DNA of 64,000 nucleotides, from NCBI GenBank assembly GCA_048013815.1, contig CM106586.1, positions 22,940,001 through 23,004,000 of the forward strand, given 5' to 3'. The notes under the pieces were generated by a model. The model was given only the letters and a program-made list of their open reading frames with translations. It did no database searches and was not told where the DNA came from. This DNA is from Setoptus koraiensis (Eukaryota > Animalia > Arthropoda). Position numbers and translations under genes: made by a program. Shown here in pieces: positions 34,101-47,700 of this stretch; within the stretch, counting starts at the first letter, position 1; every line of letters starts with the position of its first letter.

Positions 34101-34888
34101 AGGATATATTTTATATAGTGATTGGTGCGTGTATCATATCATCATGACCATATATACTGTTGCCATCATTAGCTAATCTTAGCCCACAAACGCATACTGT
34201 GGTTTAGTTGCTGCTAGTTGTTGCTTAGTTGAAGTGGTTGCTTCGACTCATTCGCATAATGATTCGAATCACCATCCTGTCTATAATGCCATGAATCAGC
34301 AACAAGTGTCGAAGCGCATCATGTTTGCTCGGCCAATGGTGAAGCAAGTTTTGTTTCTGCAGTCATTACTGGAAATTAGTAAAGAGAAATCGATGCCCGT
34401 AATCTTTCGATCATTAGACATCAAAATAGAATGACACGAATGAGAGCCATGGGTGGGCCTGTGTATAGCAGACAAGAGAAAGAATCTTCCATTTGTTCAC
34501 ACTTGATCGTGCCCATCTTGAGGCAGTTGAAAATAAACGAACAACAGGCCCATTCAAAGGCCTTCAACCGAGTAAAGCTTCGCACAAAAGTGATGATCGC
34601 CTGATACAGTATTGCATCTGAAACTATTGAATCATAAATCCAGTTGGCCAGACAACTAAATTTATAATCTAAGCAGCTTAGGCATTATGATATAGATGCG
34701 ACCGTTATTATTATTTATCACTTTGCCCTTGGGCATATGACAAAAAGAAAATTAAGATTTACCTCAATGGAGCAACAAATGTACTATACTATAGAAACAA
34801 TGCATCAGACACGTCTACGTAAAGTTTGGTTTACATTTGCATTATAAGCCCCAGTTTGGTTGAGTAATACATAGCGAGTAAAGCTTAC

Positions 34889-35701
34889 CGTTAATTCACC
34901 AACCACTGTGCCAACTGGTGTAGATTCCGAAATAGTTAAGGATTCTGAAGCTCGATTGTTGGCTAGATAACACGGTTCCATGGGATCACTAGTCGATGTT
35001 GCTATTGTTTTTGGGGTAGTGTTAATCGAGTTCATTTGCTGCGTTGCATTTGTATCACTGCTATTAGTAGCCACTTTGCTATTTGCAATTTGTTTTCTCG
35101 CTTGATTTAGACTGCTCGAATTACTCGTTGTTGTGTTAACATTCCTTATAATTGACTTATCCGAGGGCGACGAGCTGAGCATGAGATTGTTTGCATCTGT
35201 TGAGAAGTAGCGTCTAGATCTCGTCTGATTCGAGCGATCTTGATCTGTTTTCTGAAGCACGAGGTCGCTTGTAACGTTGCTAGTTGGTGTTTCAAACAAC
35301 GGCGACGCTGTTGTTGCAATCGTTTGTCTTCCATTATCCAACAGACTGCTGAAACTATTATTTGAGATTGGCTGCAGAATTGATGATATATTCTGGTGAT
35401 TTGTCAATTCAGAGTATAACTTGTTTTCTGGAGTTTCTAGATTTAATGAGACGTTCACATTTCTCGGGCTGGAGAATGTTGTAGATGAAACGAGATTGCT
35501 CATATTTGTAGTAATCGTCGACGCGGTTGTTATTCCTTGAGAGCTAACAAATAGACCGTAAGATAGACAGGCCAATCCGTGGCATACTGATGAAGCTGGC
35601 GATTTTCCGCTTTTATCATCTAATGTCAACGACATAATGAACATCAAAAAGATTAGCATCAATTTGAATAGAGCTTGACATTGTCTGCACATGCTCGCCA
35701 T
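34889..35701 (-). CDS. Non-classical cadherin, coding exon 1 (signal peptide, S/T/N-rich pro-region, start of EC1)
   Basis: Hydrophobic 'ALFKLMLIFLMFIMSLTL', mucin-like S/T/N stretch, furin-like RSRR, then 'PCYLANNRASESLTISESTPVGTVVGELT' ending at a GTAAGC donor. Confidence 0.75.
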
Positions 35702-36366
35702 ATTTAACAATTTCGGATATTCTTGGTGTAATAATTGGTTATTAGATGACTATAGCTAAGAATCAGCGCAACACGTGCAAATTGACACAAAATGACGACC
35801 ACATATGATCCTATTTTATTCTTTGCTGGGGCATATATGTTTGATGGAACAAATTCGAGTCACACGCGTAAACAGTTTGATCTATGAGAATGCTTGCATA
35901 AATGGTGATCTGTGATTTATGACTTTGCCATTTTAATTGTTTCTGATGTGGTTGGTAATTTGTGACACTTGCTGGAAAGAGCTACAGTATGAAGAAGCTG
36001 TCAATCGATTCAAGTTTATTTTGTATTATGATGGTCACGCACAATAGAGAGCGAGCTGGACAATAATAGGTGACGAGAAAACGGATTGAGTGAATTCTTT
36101 CCAGGTGAATGGAATGACAAACACATACAAAGCATCATGATTAATTCAACGTGGTTACTGACTAAGTTGGTTTACATCATGAGCTCGACTCAACAAATAA
36201 CAGAATGCAAGATCAGCAAGGTACAGTTAGTTTCTTTAGCCGTATAATGGTTCACACGATGCAGCAATGTGAGCAACAGGGCGGAGCTAACTTAGATAGA
36301 TGAAGGTGAGACAAGCCACTAGACATTGCACATCGCACAGTAGGCTGGTCAAGCAAGTTGAATTGC

Positions 36367-36466
<100 letters not shown>

Positions 36467-39400
36467 AAAACCAAACAAGTTATTGGCTAGTGAGAGCTAT
36501 TACATTCGTTTTATTCACATTATTTTTATATTGAACGAGAAGCTTATACTGACGCGCTTAGGCAGATTGTTCAACATGGTTCAAACAACAACAAGTGATA
36601 AAGAGATGCTTCTTTTCCGTCAAAAACTTTTGCCACTTGCTAGAGGCGCCATCAATATCACCAGAAACAGTTCCATGATTGTTGATGAGACTTGTGTATA
36701 ACGAATGATTAAATGCGATGATGATGATGAAGGGAATAGGAAATCTCCACTGCTTTAACACTCAAGTAAGGAGTAGAATTGTCAATTTATGTGATCTTTC
36801 AAACTGTTAAAATTAATATTATCATTGTTTGCATATAACAGCAGGTAACAGAAAGAATCTGCTGATAATGCTAAAGCTCGATTCTCCTCATCGCTTGTTA
36901 CTCTGTCTGGTGTTAGTTCGGACAATTAATGTGATTGATTTTGTACAACGAAAACACACAATCGGCTATAATATTCATGCCAGAGTTGTTATATCAATCA
37001 AACAATGCTAACACAGTGCACAAAGCGCAATCAATTCAATTACACGTCTCTTTAATTCACCACCTATCTACCTACCTGGCTACCTACACAAGTGTCACCC
37101 GGTCATACAAAATTAAATCTCAAGTGAAACAGGTGCTGATAGCTTCTTTCTATGGTCAACGCAATTCCACTATTCACCAAATTCAAGCTTCAATTTTATG
37201 ATCCTAACAGCCAACCTATCTGTTACCTTCGTATCACAGACTATAATTCAAGTCCATTGCAGAGGACCGTGTTTGTCGTTTGCAAACACCATACTACCTG
37301 CCAAATGTATATGATTAACTCATCAGTGTATATTGGAGGCCTCTATCTTTACAGACTCGTCTGCATGGTTCTAGATTGGTGCAAAACCTACGATTGCAAC
37401 TAGTCAGTTGCTCATAATGACCACCAGCGGTTCATGTTGACACAAAAATTATCCCATCGTTATTCCCATTGAGACTCTGTCTAGGATTGAGCCACTGCCA
37501 GTGGCTTTGTTGTGGATTTCCAGTTGGGTTTGGCAGCTTAAACAATGTGCAAAATAGCAACAACAAATTGAACGCTTTCTGTTGTTGGCAGCTAGTCTAG
37601 AAACAGAAGTGAAAAAACCAACTAATATAGCCAGTCGATGCTGGTTGCCAATAATTATCAGTACCGAGCAACAACGGCTCTTACATGATTTCATATGATA
37701 GATAAAGACAGACAGAGAGAAGCAGTAGACAAGCACGAATGTGTGTAGAATATACACATTCTCAACGATAGCCAATAGTGGTCAGTTAATTCTTAACGAC
37801 TTGCAAGTTGCAACAACAGAGATAAGAGCAACTATTGCCTATCATCATATCAGATACTATTCGCCGTCAACAGGCCAATCAACACTAACATACACACATA
37901 GAAACAAAACTTTATCATTCGATCGGCTGCTATCACTTATTACAAGCAACTTATTTTATTCTTTTTCTCTCTCTGGCCGATTTATTCTCTCGGTGGTCAA
38001 GTTTCTAAGATGCCGAACATTTCACCTGTCTTGTCAACATGTGTGTCTGGCAGACAAGCGGACAGACAAACACACACTAGCTACCTCCAACGTTGTCTTC
38101 CTCCTTCATTGCTTTATATATATCTGTCAGACCAATAAAAGATTTACTATTTCCCCATTTAGAGACACACTGACACCAGCGCATTGCGATAGAAATGTAA
38201 TGTTTTGATTGTTGGCATGCAAGAATTGGCAGTGATACACTTGTAAAGTGATAAGTTACATTAGTGGCTTGTAGTCAATGTCATTTTTTGTTGTCTACCT
38301 CTATTTCTCACCTCATCTGATATGATAGAGTCCAATCATGCCGCCCAATCATGTTGGCACCGGCAACATTAGTGCGACGATGACCAACAACAACTCCGCT
38401 GTGCTTGTTAGATAATAGAAAAAAAAGAGAGACAGAATATCTATTCGAGTCATTTCCTGTAGCTGCTCTAATAGAATGTGTGACTCATTAAATGTGCCTT
38501 ATGTGACACCTAATAGCAGGTCGTTTCCATTAGCGGACACACAATCAATTGGTTGCAGGGGTAATATTGGACTGAATCAAACCGATAATTAGTAAAAAGG
38601 AGCCGCCTCTTATTGGCGGTTAGTGGCGGCTAATTGTCTGGACCTATTCAAGTCAAACGGCCAGCCAACCGCAACAACAGGTGTCCAGTGAACTATGATC
38701 AAAACTGGCCATTGTCGTCGCGACAAACTGTTACCGACGATTGCACTTGAACACTGATAGATGTGAATAACCTAGAACTTTGTTAGTTGCGCCTTCTTAT
38801 CAAGATGCTTACTTCAAGTTTTTAGCAAATATTTATCAATTGATAAACCCAAAACATAAAAGTGTGTACTATTGATAGAGATTGCCATATTAGACTCTCA
38901 AATCTATGGGATAAATCTGTTGTTTTCGTCCTGCACAAAATGAATGAATCGACTGCGAATACTCTACACATAATCTTGTAAAGACGGGGGTCAACAAGAG
39001 CTGGCAGATCCCAATTCTACTGACTGATAATTACAACTCGAACACAGTATACTAGTTATATGACAAAAGATAAAAAATGCCCACATATTTGCTTTGTTGT
39101 GTACATATTTATATCTTTATCGAGTGTGTGATCGTGATCAAGCAGTGTCCACAACTGAAAAGAAATAATAAGGTAATTGAATTTAGTTAGTCTGGTGCTA
39201 CACTGTCGTATGTAGTTCGTTGTGCCAATATAGAATACTATACCTAGTGACGTATTCATTCAGATAGTGACCAACTAGTTAGAAATCATTTTGAAAATCC
39301 CAGTAGATAAACTGTTGATATTGATAGTTCACCACTAGGGTAGTCACGATTTTTTTGATAGCAGAAGAGCAGCAAACGTCAGACGGCAGCATAAAATGGA

Positions 39401-40341
39401 GATACTTGCATGAATGGACCAGACCAACGACGAGCGGCCTTAAACGCAAAGCAAGACAAACAATGATCTGTGTGCATTGACCAACTAGCTTTTAGGTGAG
39501 TTGATCTGCCAGATGGTTACTTGAACGATCATGCAGTCATTCATTTGGGCTAGAGATCCGCTAGATCGGATCTTTTGTAACGTCGAAAAGCTGATACACA
39601 TTAGAGTGGAGCGTGTGTTTATGTCACTGACCAAATGTGAATGCATCTCTTCGCACACACTTTTTGCATCCCGCTATGATTGAGGTGTCATATCGTGAGA
39701 TTATCTTCGTAAGCTTGATGGAAATTTAGTTGAGAAAGTAATAATAATAATAATAACAAAAAGTGTAATGCCCACCGGAGTAGTGTGGTAGCCCAATGTT
39801 GTTGGCAATATTTCCTAGTTCCTTTGTTGCTCCTTTTGTCATGTCACTTGCTCATAGCATAATGCTTAGCGGATGTGCTCAAACGGCCAGCCAGTTGACT
39901 AGCCAGTCGGGCCTAGCGGGTGGCAGGGACGAGTATACCAATGTGTGATGCAATGGATTGTTTGATTGTGCTCTTGTTGACTTATGGCACGGTGTGCAAG
40001 TATAATAATCGAGAAACGGAAAAAGTATTACGATCTGCAACGATCTACTCTCTATGGCTACGTAGGGATATTGTCTTGTTAGTTGTCGTTTCCGAATATT
40101 CACTGGAAGTGGGCTCCTCAAACCTGCTAAATAATCGATATGGACAGGGATGGATCCACAAAGAGAGGTAATCCTGGCCAAGTGATGGTGGTACCTGGTC
40201 CGAATATTTATGACATATATTTATGTGGCGGTTAGTCAGATAATAAGTCAATAATAATTACAGCAACAGTAACATCGGCCAAAGATCCGGACATTACAAT
40301 ACGGAGAGCAGATCCTATGGCCCATGGGCCATGGCAAATAA

Positions 40342-40484
40342 TTCGAAATGGCGCGAAAGTGTGTCCGAGTCGGGTGGCTCCCTCTGTTGGATTCTGTAGC
40401 GGCTTGTGGTGGTAGCGCGGTTGGCGCCAAAACTAGCGAACAAACGCACATGATTCTGATTGGCTGATTTAGTTCGGTTTCAGT
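40342..40484 (+). promoter_or_regulatory. Putative Dp core promoter: E2F+CHR composite, second E2F site, CCAAT box, Inr
   Basis: TTCGAA-AT-GGCGCGAAA at 40342-40358; TTGGCGCCAAAA at 40421-40432; ATTGG at 40459-40463; TCAGT at 40480-40484. All lie in a GC-rich patch about 0.9-1.0 kb upstream of the Dp ATG. Confidence 0.5.
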
Positions 40485-40647
40485 GGGCCAGCGTTAGCGG
40501 TGTTGCCGCCGTTGTGGGCAGCACTGTGATGTTAGTGTGAAAAAGCGTGCATGCCTTTACTACTGTGAGATGTTTACTATGCACTATTGAAAAGGCTGCG
40601 AACCGCGCAACAGACTTCTAAACAAACGAAAAAATCTTTCTATGAAC

Positions 40648-41210
40648 ACAAAGTAGCCTGTGTGTGTGCGCGTTTGTCCACCAAACACACAACACACCCT
40701 GGTGTGTGTGTCAGTGTGTGCGTTTAACGAAATAGTTGCTGTACATGGTTGGTGGAGCGAGCAACTATGCACTCTTCTACACACACACTTTCTCCATTAA
40801 TTCTATTCGGCAATGAATGTGTGTCTGTCTGTGCGTGTGTGCTATCATATATAACTCCATAGTGGCGATGCATTTGCCTCTCTCTCTACTTTTAAATTCA
40901 ATGTGTGTATCTGTGTGTGCTGGTGTGTGTGCTGGTGACTGTGCGCTTTAATAATTGCACAAACGCGCTTTTGCACTGACGCACACACGGACAAACGAAC
41001 CCATAAGCGACAGCTATAATGCTAGACAGACACGTAAATGCAGAAAAGTGTGCTGTCGTGCGTCTGTTTGTCTGTATACCGCTGCTTTTTGTTACTCCAA
41101 CAATTCGCAACTGCTGATTTGATCTCTCTTTCCCTCTCTCTCTCTCTCTCTCCAAATCTATCTCACTTCTTTCTCTCTCTCTTTCTCTCTCTATCTCTCT
41201 ACTCTCACAA
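40648..41210. repeat. Cluster of imperfect (GT/CA)n and (CT)n simple repeats
   Basis: Multiple short TG/CA tracts at 40648-41010 and a CT tract at about 41125-41205, between the putative promoter and the Dp ATG. Confidence 0.7.
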
Positions 41211-41371
41211 TATCTTTGTATCTCGACTCATTTATTCTGTCCCTTTAATTTAATTGGTCTTAATTTTCACATCGATTCTTTTGGTGTGTTCAAACAACAA
41301 CGATAGTAATAGTATTAATAGTAATTATAAACAAATAGGGAGGGAACAAAAAAACAACAAATATACCAGCA

Positions 41372-42295
41372 ATGGCCAACAACAATTCAGATAATTCCAA
41401 TGATGACATTTCATCAGGCATGGAGCACTCTTCGGTGGGACCCACCAGCGTGAAAAGGCGTAAACAGGACCCAAAAACTGGTAAGGGGCTGCGTCATTTC
41501 TCCATGAAAGTTTGTGAAAAAGTCAAATGTAAGGGAACCACCACATACAACGAGGTAGCTGATGAGCTAGTCTCAGAGTTTAGCTCGGACCCGGGCATCT
41601 GCAGGGGGCAGTACTCACTCGGCGAACAAGAGCCTTTCGATCAGAAGAACATCAGACGCCGAGTATACGACGCTCTAAACGTCCTCATGGCTATGAATAT
41701 AATATCAAAAGAGAAGAAAGAAATCAAATGGATTGGACTTCCCACAAACGCCGCTCAAGAATGCTCTGAATTAGAGGAGGAGAAACGAAAATTGATTGAA
41801 AAAATTAATACTAAACGCCAACAAGTGCACGATCTTATATTGCAACAGATCGCTTACAAAAAATTGGTAGAGCGAAATAGGGCCTCCAGTGTTGCTCCAG
41901 CCCCGAATGCTATCATCAAATTGCCATTCATTATCATCACTACGGACAAGAAGACTGTCATAGATTGTAGCATATCAAACGACAAATCAGAGTATCTTTT
42001 TAATCTTGATAACGCATTCGAAATTCACGATGATATTGAGGTGCTGAAACGTATGGGCTTGACTATTAATCTGGAAAAATTACAGTCCCTTGCGCAGCAA
42101 CAATCACAAATGCAACTACCGGAAGAATCTTCATCCTCCTCTCAAGCCTCTTCTAACCACGAGAATAATGACGCCGTTGCCAACCATGCCAAATGCCGCG
42201 ACATACTACCGAAAGCCTTACACGCTGAATTTGATGAAATGATCGTTCGAACCAAAATGGAACCTGTGGAACCAGAAAGAGCGGCAACGGACTGA
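41372..42295 (+). CDS. Dp: E2F dimerisation partner DP (intronless)
   Basis: '[28 protein letters not shown]', '[35 protein letters not shown]' and '[32 protein letters not shown]'. Confidence 0.97.
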   Translation: MANNNSDNSNDDISSGMEHSSVGPTSVKRRKQDPKTGKGLRHFSMKVCEKVKCKGTTTYNEVADELVSEFSSDPGICRGQYSLGEQEPFDQKNIRRRVYDALNVLMAMNIISKEKKEIKWIGLPTNAAQECSELEEEKRKLIEKINTKRQQVHDLILQQIAYKKLVERNRASSVAPAPNAIIKLPFIIITTDKKTVIDCSISNDKSEYLFNLDNAFEIHDDIEVLKRMGLTINLEKLQSLAQQQSQMQLPEESSSSSQASSNHENNDAVANHAKCRDILPKALHAEFDEMIVRTKMEPVEPERAATD

Positions 42296-42719
42296 AAGCT
42301 TGTGTATATTGAATACATATATATATACGTATATATATATTACATATGATTATTTAACGGTCGTTACAGCCTTATGTATAGCCTCGGTTGCATAACATAA
42401 AAATTATTAGTATTTAGGCCGGCTATATTGATCCGACCAATAACGGGCAAATAAATGTGAAACTCATCAACCATATTCTTATGTTACTCTACATTTCTAC
42501 ACGTTTTTTTTATCATGACCTTCAATGCTCCGCTTGTACCGGGTTATGTGAGAAACAACCGGAAGCCTCAGAGATAACAGTGAATTTGAACGAAGAACTC
42601 TTTCCAACAGTGATTCTTGATACAATGTGTATCTGGTTGATGATCCCCGATCTTGCATAACATTAAAAGGCATCTCGCATAAATTATAGACCAACTATCA
42701 TATGAGCAGATTCAAATTC

Positions 42720-43940
42720 TCAAGTGATAGTGGTTACAGCCTTGTGAATTGCTTCGGCAACATAGTTAACATTTGTTGTGTTGAGTCCAGCTAGACTTAT
42801 TCTACCATCATCCGGTAGATAGATATGAAACTCCTCGATCAATAATTTGACTTGATCTTTACTTAAGCCTGTGTACGAAAACATTCCGATTTGGTCGGTA
42901 ATGTGATGCCAAGATCCTGGCGTCTTCAGTTCCTCCAAACGTGATCGCAAAGCTTTACGCATAGATAGGATCCTTGAAGACATTTCTTTGATACTAGCAC
43001 GCCATTCATCCAATAACTCTGGATCTGTCAATATTTTAGCCACAATACGTGCTCCCGCCTCTGGTGGATTGGAGTAGTAACGTCTGACGAGTAAGGCAAT
43101 TTGTGAACTGCATGCTTGAATCTTTTCCGGTTTGTTCATAACGATTGCTAAGTTACCAACACGTTGGTTGTATAGACCAAAATTTTTTGCGAAAGACTGA
43201 CAACACATGGCTTCGAAGCCACGGTCAATGAAATAACGAAAGCTCTTTATATCACGATCTACATCACCTGACGCGAAACCTTGGTAGGCACAGTCGAACA
43301 AAGGAAATAGTTTCTTTTCCTCCATGACGTCAGCGATCGTCTTCCACTGATCATCTGATGGATCAATACCGGTCGGATTGTGAGCGCAAGCATGCAAAAT
43401 AATTATAGAGTCTTGAGGAGCGTTACGCAGATCCTCAATGAGTCCATCGAAGTCAATCTTGCGGTTGACTGGGTCCCAGTAACGATACGATCGAATATCT
43501 TCAAAGCCTGCATACTGAAAGATGTCCAAATGGTTGCCCCATGTAGGCTTCGAGTAATAGACCGTTTTTAATTTCAGCTGTCTGAATAAGAATGCAGCTG
43601 CCATACTGAGAGCTCCAGTTCCACTCAGAGTTTGGGTACTAAATACTCTACCCTCTTGAATAATCTTGCTATCTTTACCTAAAAGAAGCTCGGTGGCGGC
43701 CTTCGTGAACTCTGGTAATCCTGTCTGTGTGAGATACTCAAAATTGAGCGTCGCATCATTGGCTATAGCAATTTTGGCCTTACGTACTACTGGTAACACC
43801 CATGGTTTTCCAGTGTTGTCTCGGTAGGCTCCAATACCTAGATCCACCTTCTTCTCATTGGTGTCTTTCTTGTAGGCTTGCGACAGTGCGAATATGGCAA
43901 TGGGAGGTGCTGCTGAGATTTGATCAAATCTTGATGCCAT
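42720..43940 (-). CDS. GOT1: Cytosolic aspartate aminotransferase (406 aa, intronless)
   Basis: Start MASRFDQISAAPP at 43940; 'VDLGIGAYRD', 'QTLSGTGAL', 'LHACAHNPTGIDP', PLP-lysine 'SFAKNFGLY', 'QIGMFSYTGL'; no mitochondrial presequence. Confidence 0.95.
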   Translation of the reverse strand: MASRFDQISAAPPIAIFALSQAYKKDTNEKKVDLGIGAYRDNTGKPWVLPVVRKAKIAIANDATLNFEYLTQTGLPEFTKAATELLLGKDSKIIQEGRVFSTQTLSGTGALSMAAAFLFRQLKLKTVYYSKPTWGNHLDIFQYAGFEDIRSYRYWDPVNRKIDFDGLIEDLRNAPQDSIIILHACAHNPTGIDPSDDQWKTIADVMEEKKLFPLFDCAYQGFASGDVDRDIKSFRYFIDRGFEAMCCQSFAKNFGLYNQRVGNLAIVMNKPEKIQACSSQIALLVRRYYSNPPEAGARIVAKILTDPELLDEWRASIKEMSSRILSMRKALRSRLEELKTPGSWHHITDQIGMFSYTGLSKDQVKLLIEEFHIYLPDDGRISLAGLNTTNVNYVAEAIHKAVTTIT

Positions 43941-44750
43941 TTTTGTTAGATTCTGTTTGTTGATATGTTTGACAATAATGATACTAGGTTCTAGTTGGAT
44001 ATATAGTTTCAGGCACACACAAATATAACACAAATATTTTACATAAAATTAGATGATTATCCAAATATTGAAGGCAAATTATAGAATGATTTGCAATGAA
44101 ACATACGGTGACATTGAGATTTGTTGCATAGATCACACTTGGCATACATTCAGACATACAATGCGAGCAAGGGAATATCTTGCAGCTATAAGCGATTGTC
44201 TAGATCGCTTGTCAGTTCATAGACTATGAATCATAGTTAGCATGAGATCAGACCCTCTGTTCTGGCGCATATTATAAACTTGCTTGTGTGTTACAATGTG
44301 CAATTTATGGCATGTTGAACACGATAGAAACTCGTTTTTCAATGACGATGTCAAATACTCCAATCCACCTAGCAACTGTAAGCTACATCACGGCGTGTAG
44401 ATTTGGTTGCTCGTACAGATATTATATAAATTGTACTCTTTTCATAGGCTTGCCACGTAACTCTATACTAAAATGCCAATCGTCTGACGTAGTTGTGCAA
44501 TGATTCCTAGTCATTCACCATGCTGTGGAACCCTTCACTAAGGTGATCGAAAAGTTCACCCGTTGTGCAGAATGGATAATCTGTGGAGCCTGGTATTCAA
44601 TAAGTAGAAAAATTACTCACAGCAACTTAGAAAAAAACTACAAGATATGCTGTCAGATGAATAAAAAAGATTTCATTTCAGTGACAAAAATAATTTTTTA
44701 ATTCATTTAAAATCTTTCAATCATAATAACCCAATACTGAAGTATCCTTT

Positions 44751-47700
44751 TCACCGAAGGGGATGCCATGCGATCGTTTCATGCAATAAATCAACATCTT
44801 TGAGTGGTATCAGAGCTGCTCCTAGATAACCTTTCACTTGAACATAATCGCAATCCCAGAGTGAAACTTGTAACGTCATCTTTTTCAAATGTTCTAAGGG
44901 CCACTTGTATACTATCAATTCCATGAATGTTGGATGGCAACTCTGTCTTATCACACGGGTCTTTTGTTTGCTTCTCTTCGTTGGGTCTGGAAGAAGATAC
45001 GTTTTGGCATAACAGTTAGGTCCGGATGTTCCTTTGATGCAAGGTAAATTTTTAGCGTGCATTACCATTATTATAAGGGATGCGTTCTTATATACGAGAG
45101 ACAGTTTGATTTGTCCGTTTGAGTTGTGATACAATGCGTTTCTGGTGGAATCGCTATACTCTCGAGAACCGAATGTGCCAGATTCGTCTCCTCCGGCCGA
45201 GACACCTTGGTCTCTCAGGACAGGATGGAAGAAGGTGTAAACAAGATCACAATGTGAGATATTTTCTGGTAATTGTAGCAGCTTCTCTAAAAATATGTTG
45301 AGATCAGTCATTCGCTTCTCGGCTACTTCTCTGATATTTGATCTCTTGAAATCCATGAAGAAAATTGACGACTTTTGCAGAGCATGGAATGTGTTCGAAG
45401 GAAAACGCCAACTCAATTTCATTTGTAACTCCGAGAATTCTCTGTAAGTTCGAACAATAAATTCTGGTTGAACTTGCTGCTCGCGCTCAACTTGAATAAT
45501 ATAGTAATATTGTTTCTCAGATGATGATAATTTTTCTTTGTAGTATTTGACTATTTGCAAGGACTTGATTTTACCATCAGTTGCTTCAGTGAAAGTTTTG
45601 GGAATGAAAGACAGAAGTGTTCGATTGTCTTGATTATCACCACTAAATCGTAATTGAGCTAAATTATGTATGAAGAAGTTGACTTGAGTTGATCTGGAGT
45701 TGAGGCAATCGTCTATCATACGGGTGAATTTGGCCATAGCTTCGGCTTCGGTCAATCCTGGCATCAACATTTTATCTATGTAGCACACAGCATCTTTGCT
45801 TAGACCAGGAATATTGGATTGTGTCATTAACGAGAAGAGATTAAGAAATAAGTTTCTATTCCGTCTGATTATATTGAATCCCATCGTACATAACTCAATG
45901 AAAGTTTGAAATTTCTTCGAGGGTTTATCTCCTCCATTGATAACGTAAGCCATATCTCCAGTTAAGACAAAAGGTGTTCGATCACGTTTGATGGACCCCA
46001 TCATTTGGGCATCACCCAGGAATTTGCCAAAATCTATATGAAATAAATGTCCAGAATGAGTGACCATGATATTATCATTATGCCTGTCGCAAATTCCCAA
46101 TATATATGTAGCAACAGAATAACCAGCGCATGAGTGGGTAAAGTTGTCAACAGCTAATTGGTATTCCAGCTCAGAGGTATTCCGTATCCTAAGCCATTCG
46201 ACAATTGGCTTTTTTTCGAATGGTCCTTTTAAGAAGTGACTTTGGGCTTGTATTCTACGGAGAGTATCTGAATTCTTCACTAATTCAATCATACCTTGCC
46301 TTTCATCGGTAGCCAAACAATCGAAAGTGACCATCCTCAGATCTAGACCCTCCCGAAGCCACAATTTTTCCATTATCCTAATTATCTGTATGGCAAGCAT
46401 ATCCTGTCTAAGGTCGTCACCAATTTTAAATATTGTCTCATAGGTATGGAATTTGACTGCTCTTTTGCAAGATTCTTCGCAGGACCTAAAAGCCAGTCTT
46501 AGTGGTAGTGTGTTCGATGTGAAATATGAACAAGACTTGATGTCGATGTCGCAAACTTCTAAACTTGGCGCGATAGGTAAATTTGGTTTAGCTTCAGTCA
46601 GATAATCTTGAATACTTTCAAGCTCTTTGTGTAATGTGAATAGGCGCTGTGATTCTCTTGTGTTTTTTATTTTGTCCGACACTTCAGTCAATTTCATTAA
46701 TAGCTCCTCTTGTTTCGAATTGATTGATCGCATTGACTTACCACACAGCCATTGCAAAGAGTTTAGTAGAGTTTCGCTTCGCTGCTTAAAGTTTTCATCC
46801 TTTGTATTGAGCTTGAATTGCCAATAGAGTAGATTGGCTATCCGAGCGTTCGTTAGTGCCTTTCGGAATAGCATAAAAACAAGAGGTGAATCTACATAGG
46901 GCTCATTCCGTATCGCCTGCACGATTTGAGGTAGATAGTCGCAGAGTTCATCATCTGACAGATTCGAAATTAAATCTACTGCTTTTCCTCTGACAAATAC
47001 ATCAGGAAAGGATGGCATTAGCAGTTGCATTGCATCGACTGAGGATGGCATGTTCCAACTTTCTATAAGTTCATATATGGAATCAAGTTGGGCATATGAC
47101 CAATCTGGAGCTGAAAGAATAACTTTTGGAAGGGCGTTTGTAAGACTACGGAGATATTCTCTGTTACTCCAGATAAGCGCCTTCTCCTCGTCTAGAAGAT
47201 TTTCATGTGGTTTGTTTTCGTCGATAATCTTCAATATATCTTGCTGTGTTGCTATATCGAGATCCTCCAATTGGAGGTTTTGCACTTTCTTGATAGTTGT
47301 ATTAGTTTTTGTCTCTTCTCTCAAGTTTTTGAGATCTGGAAATTTTACATTTTTCAACAAGTCAAAGAACTCTATTTGCAAAAATGGACCTGAGCGTCTG
47401 GGATAGTCGGGCTGCAGTACCATTTCATAAGACTTCTCGGGGCGACTTTGCAATCCAAGCATCTTAACACCCTGAACTAAGTTCAAATCACTATCGAAGA
47501 AGTAGTAAATTCCATGATGCAATTCGTCATGCACGGTTTCATGCATCTTGAGTATGGTTGTTGATCCGGGCGACGTTGAGTACATTGGTGATGTAGAACA
47601 AATAGACGTCGGTGATCCTGAATGTGCATTATCATCAGCACTACTGACAGAAGAGTTGAGTTCATTTCCCTGTGAAACCTGTTGAGTGTTCGCCAAAGGA

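Larger units (their letters stand above)
22533..34888 (-). other. Large (nominally 12,356 nt) first coding intron of the cadherin gene
   Basis: Donor ACG|GTAAGC at 34889/34888 and acceptor CCAG|GTG at 22533/22532 are both phase 0. The junction reads GTVVGELT|VNGDSSSNGNIELS, a continuous EC1-like sequence. Confidence 0.72.

Noticed and set aside
38832-38847. 16-bp perfect palindrome TTTATCAATTGATAAA
   Set aside because: It is AT-rich and isolated, with no further support.
43159-43191. GOT1 'YNQRVG' instead of 'YNERVG'
   Set aside because: It still fits the class-I aminotransferase PLP signature and all catalytic residues are present, so it is a minor variant.
43941-44033. ORF-track N-terminal extensions (GOT1 to 44033, ATP6V1F to 59527, cadherin to 22544, peptide from 13023)
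   Set aside because: They start at TTG/GTG codons upstream of the homologous ATG or inside introns.
45312-45323. 12-nt match to the U2 snRNA 5' end (TCGCTTCTCGGC)
   Set aside because: It lies antisense inside the PI3K CDS, and the rest of U2 is absent.
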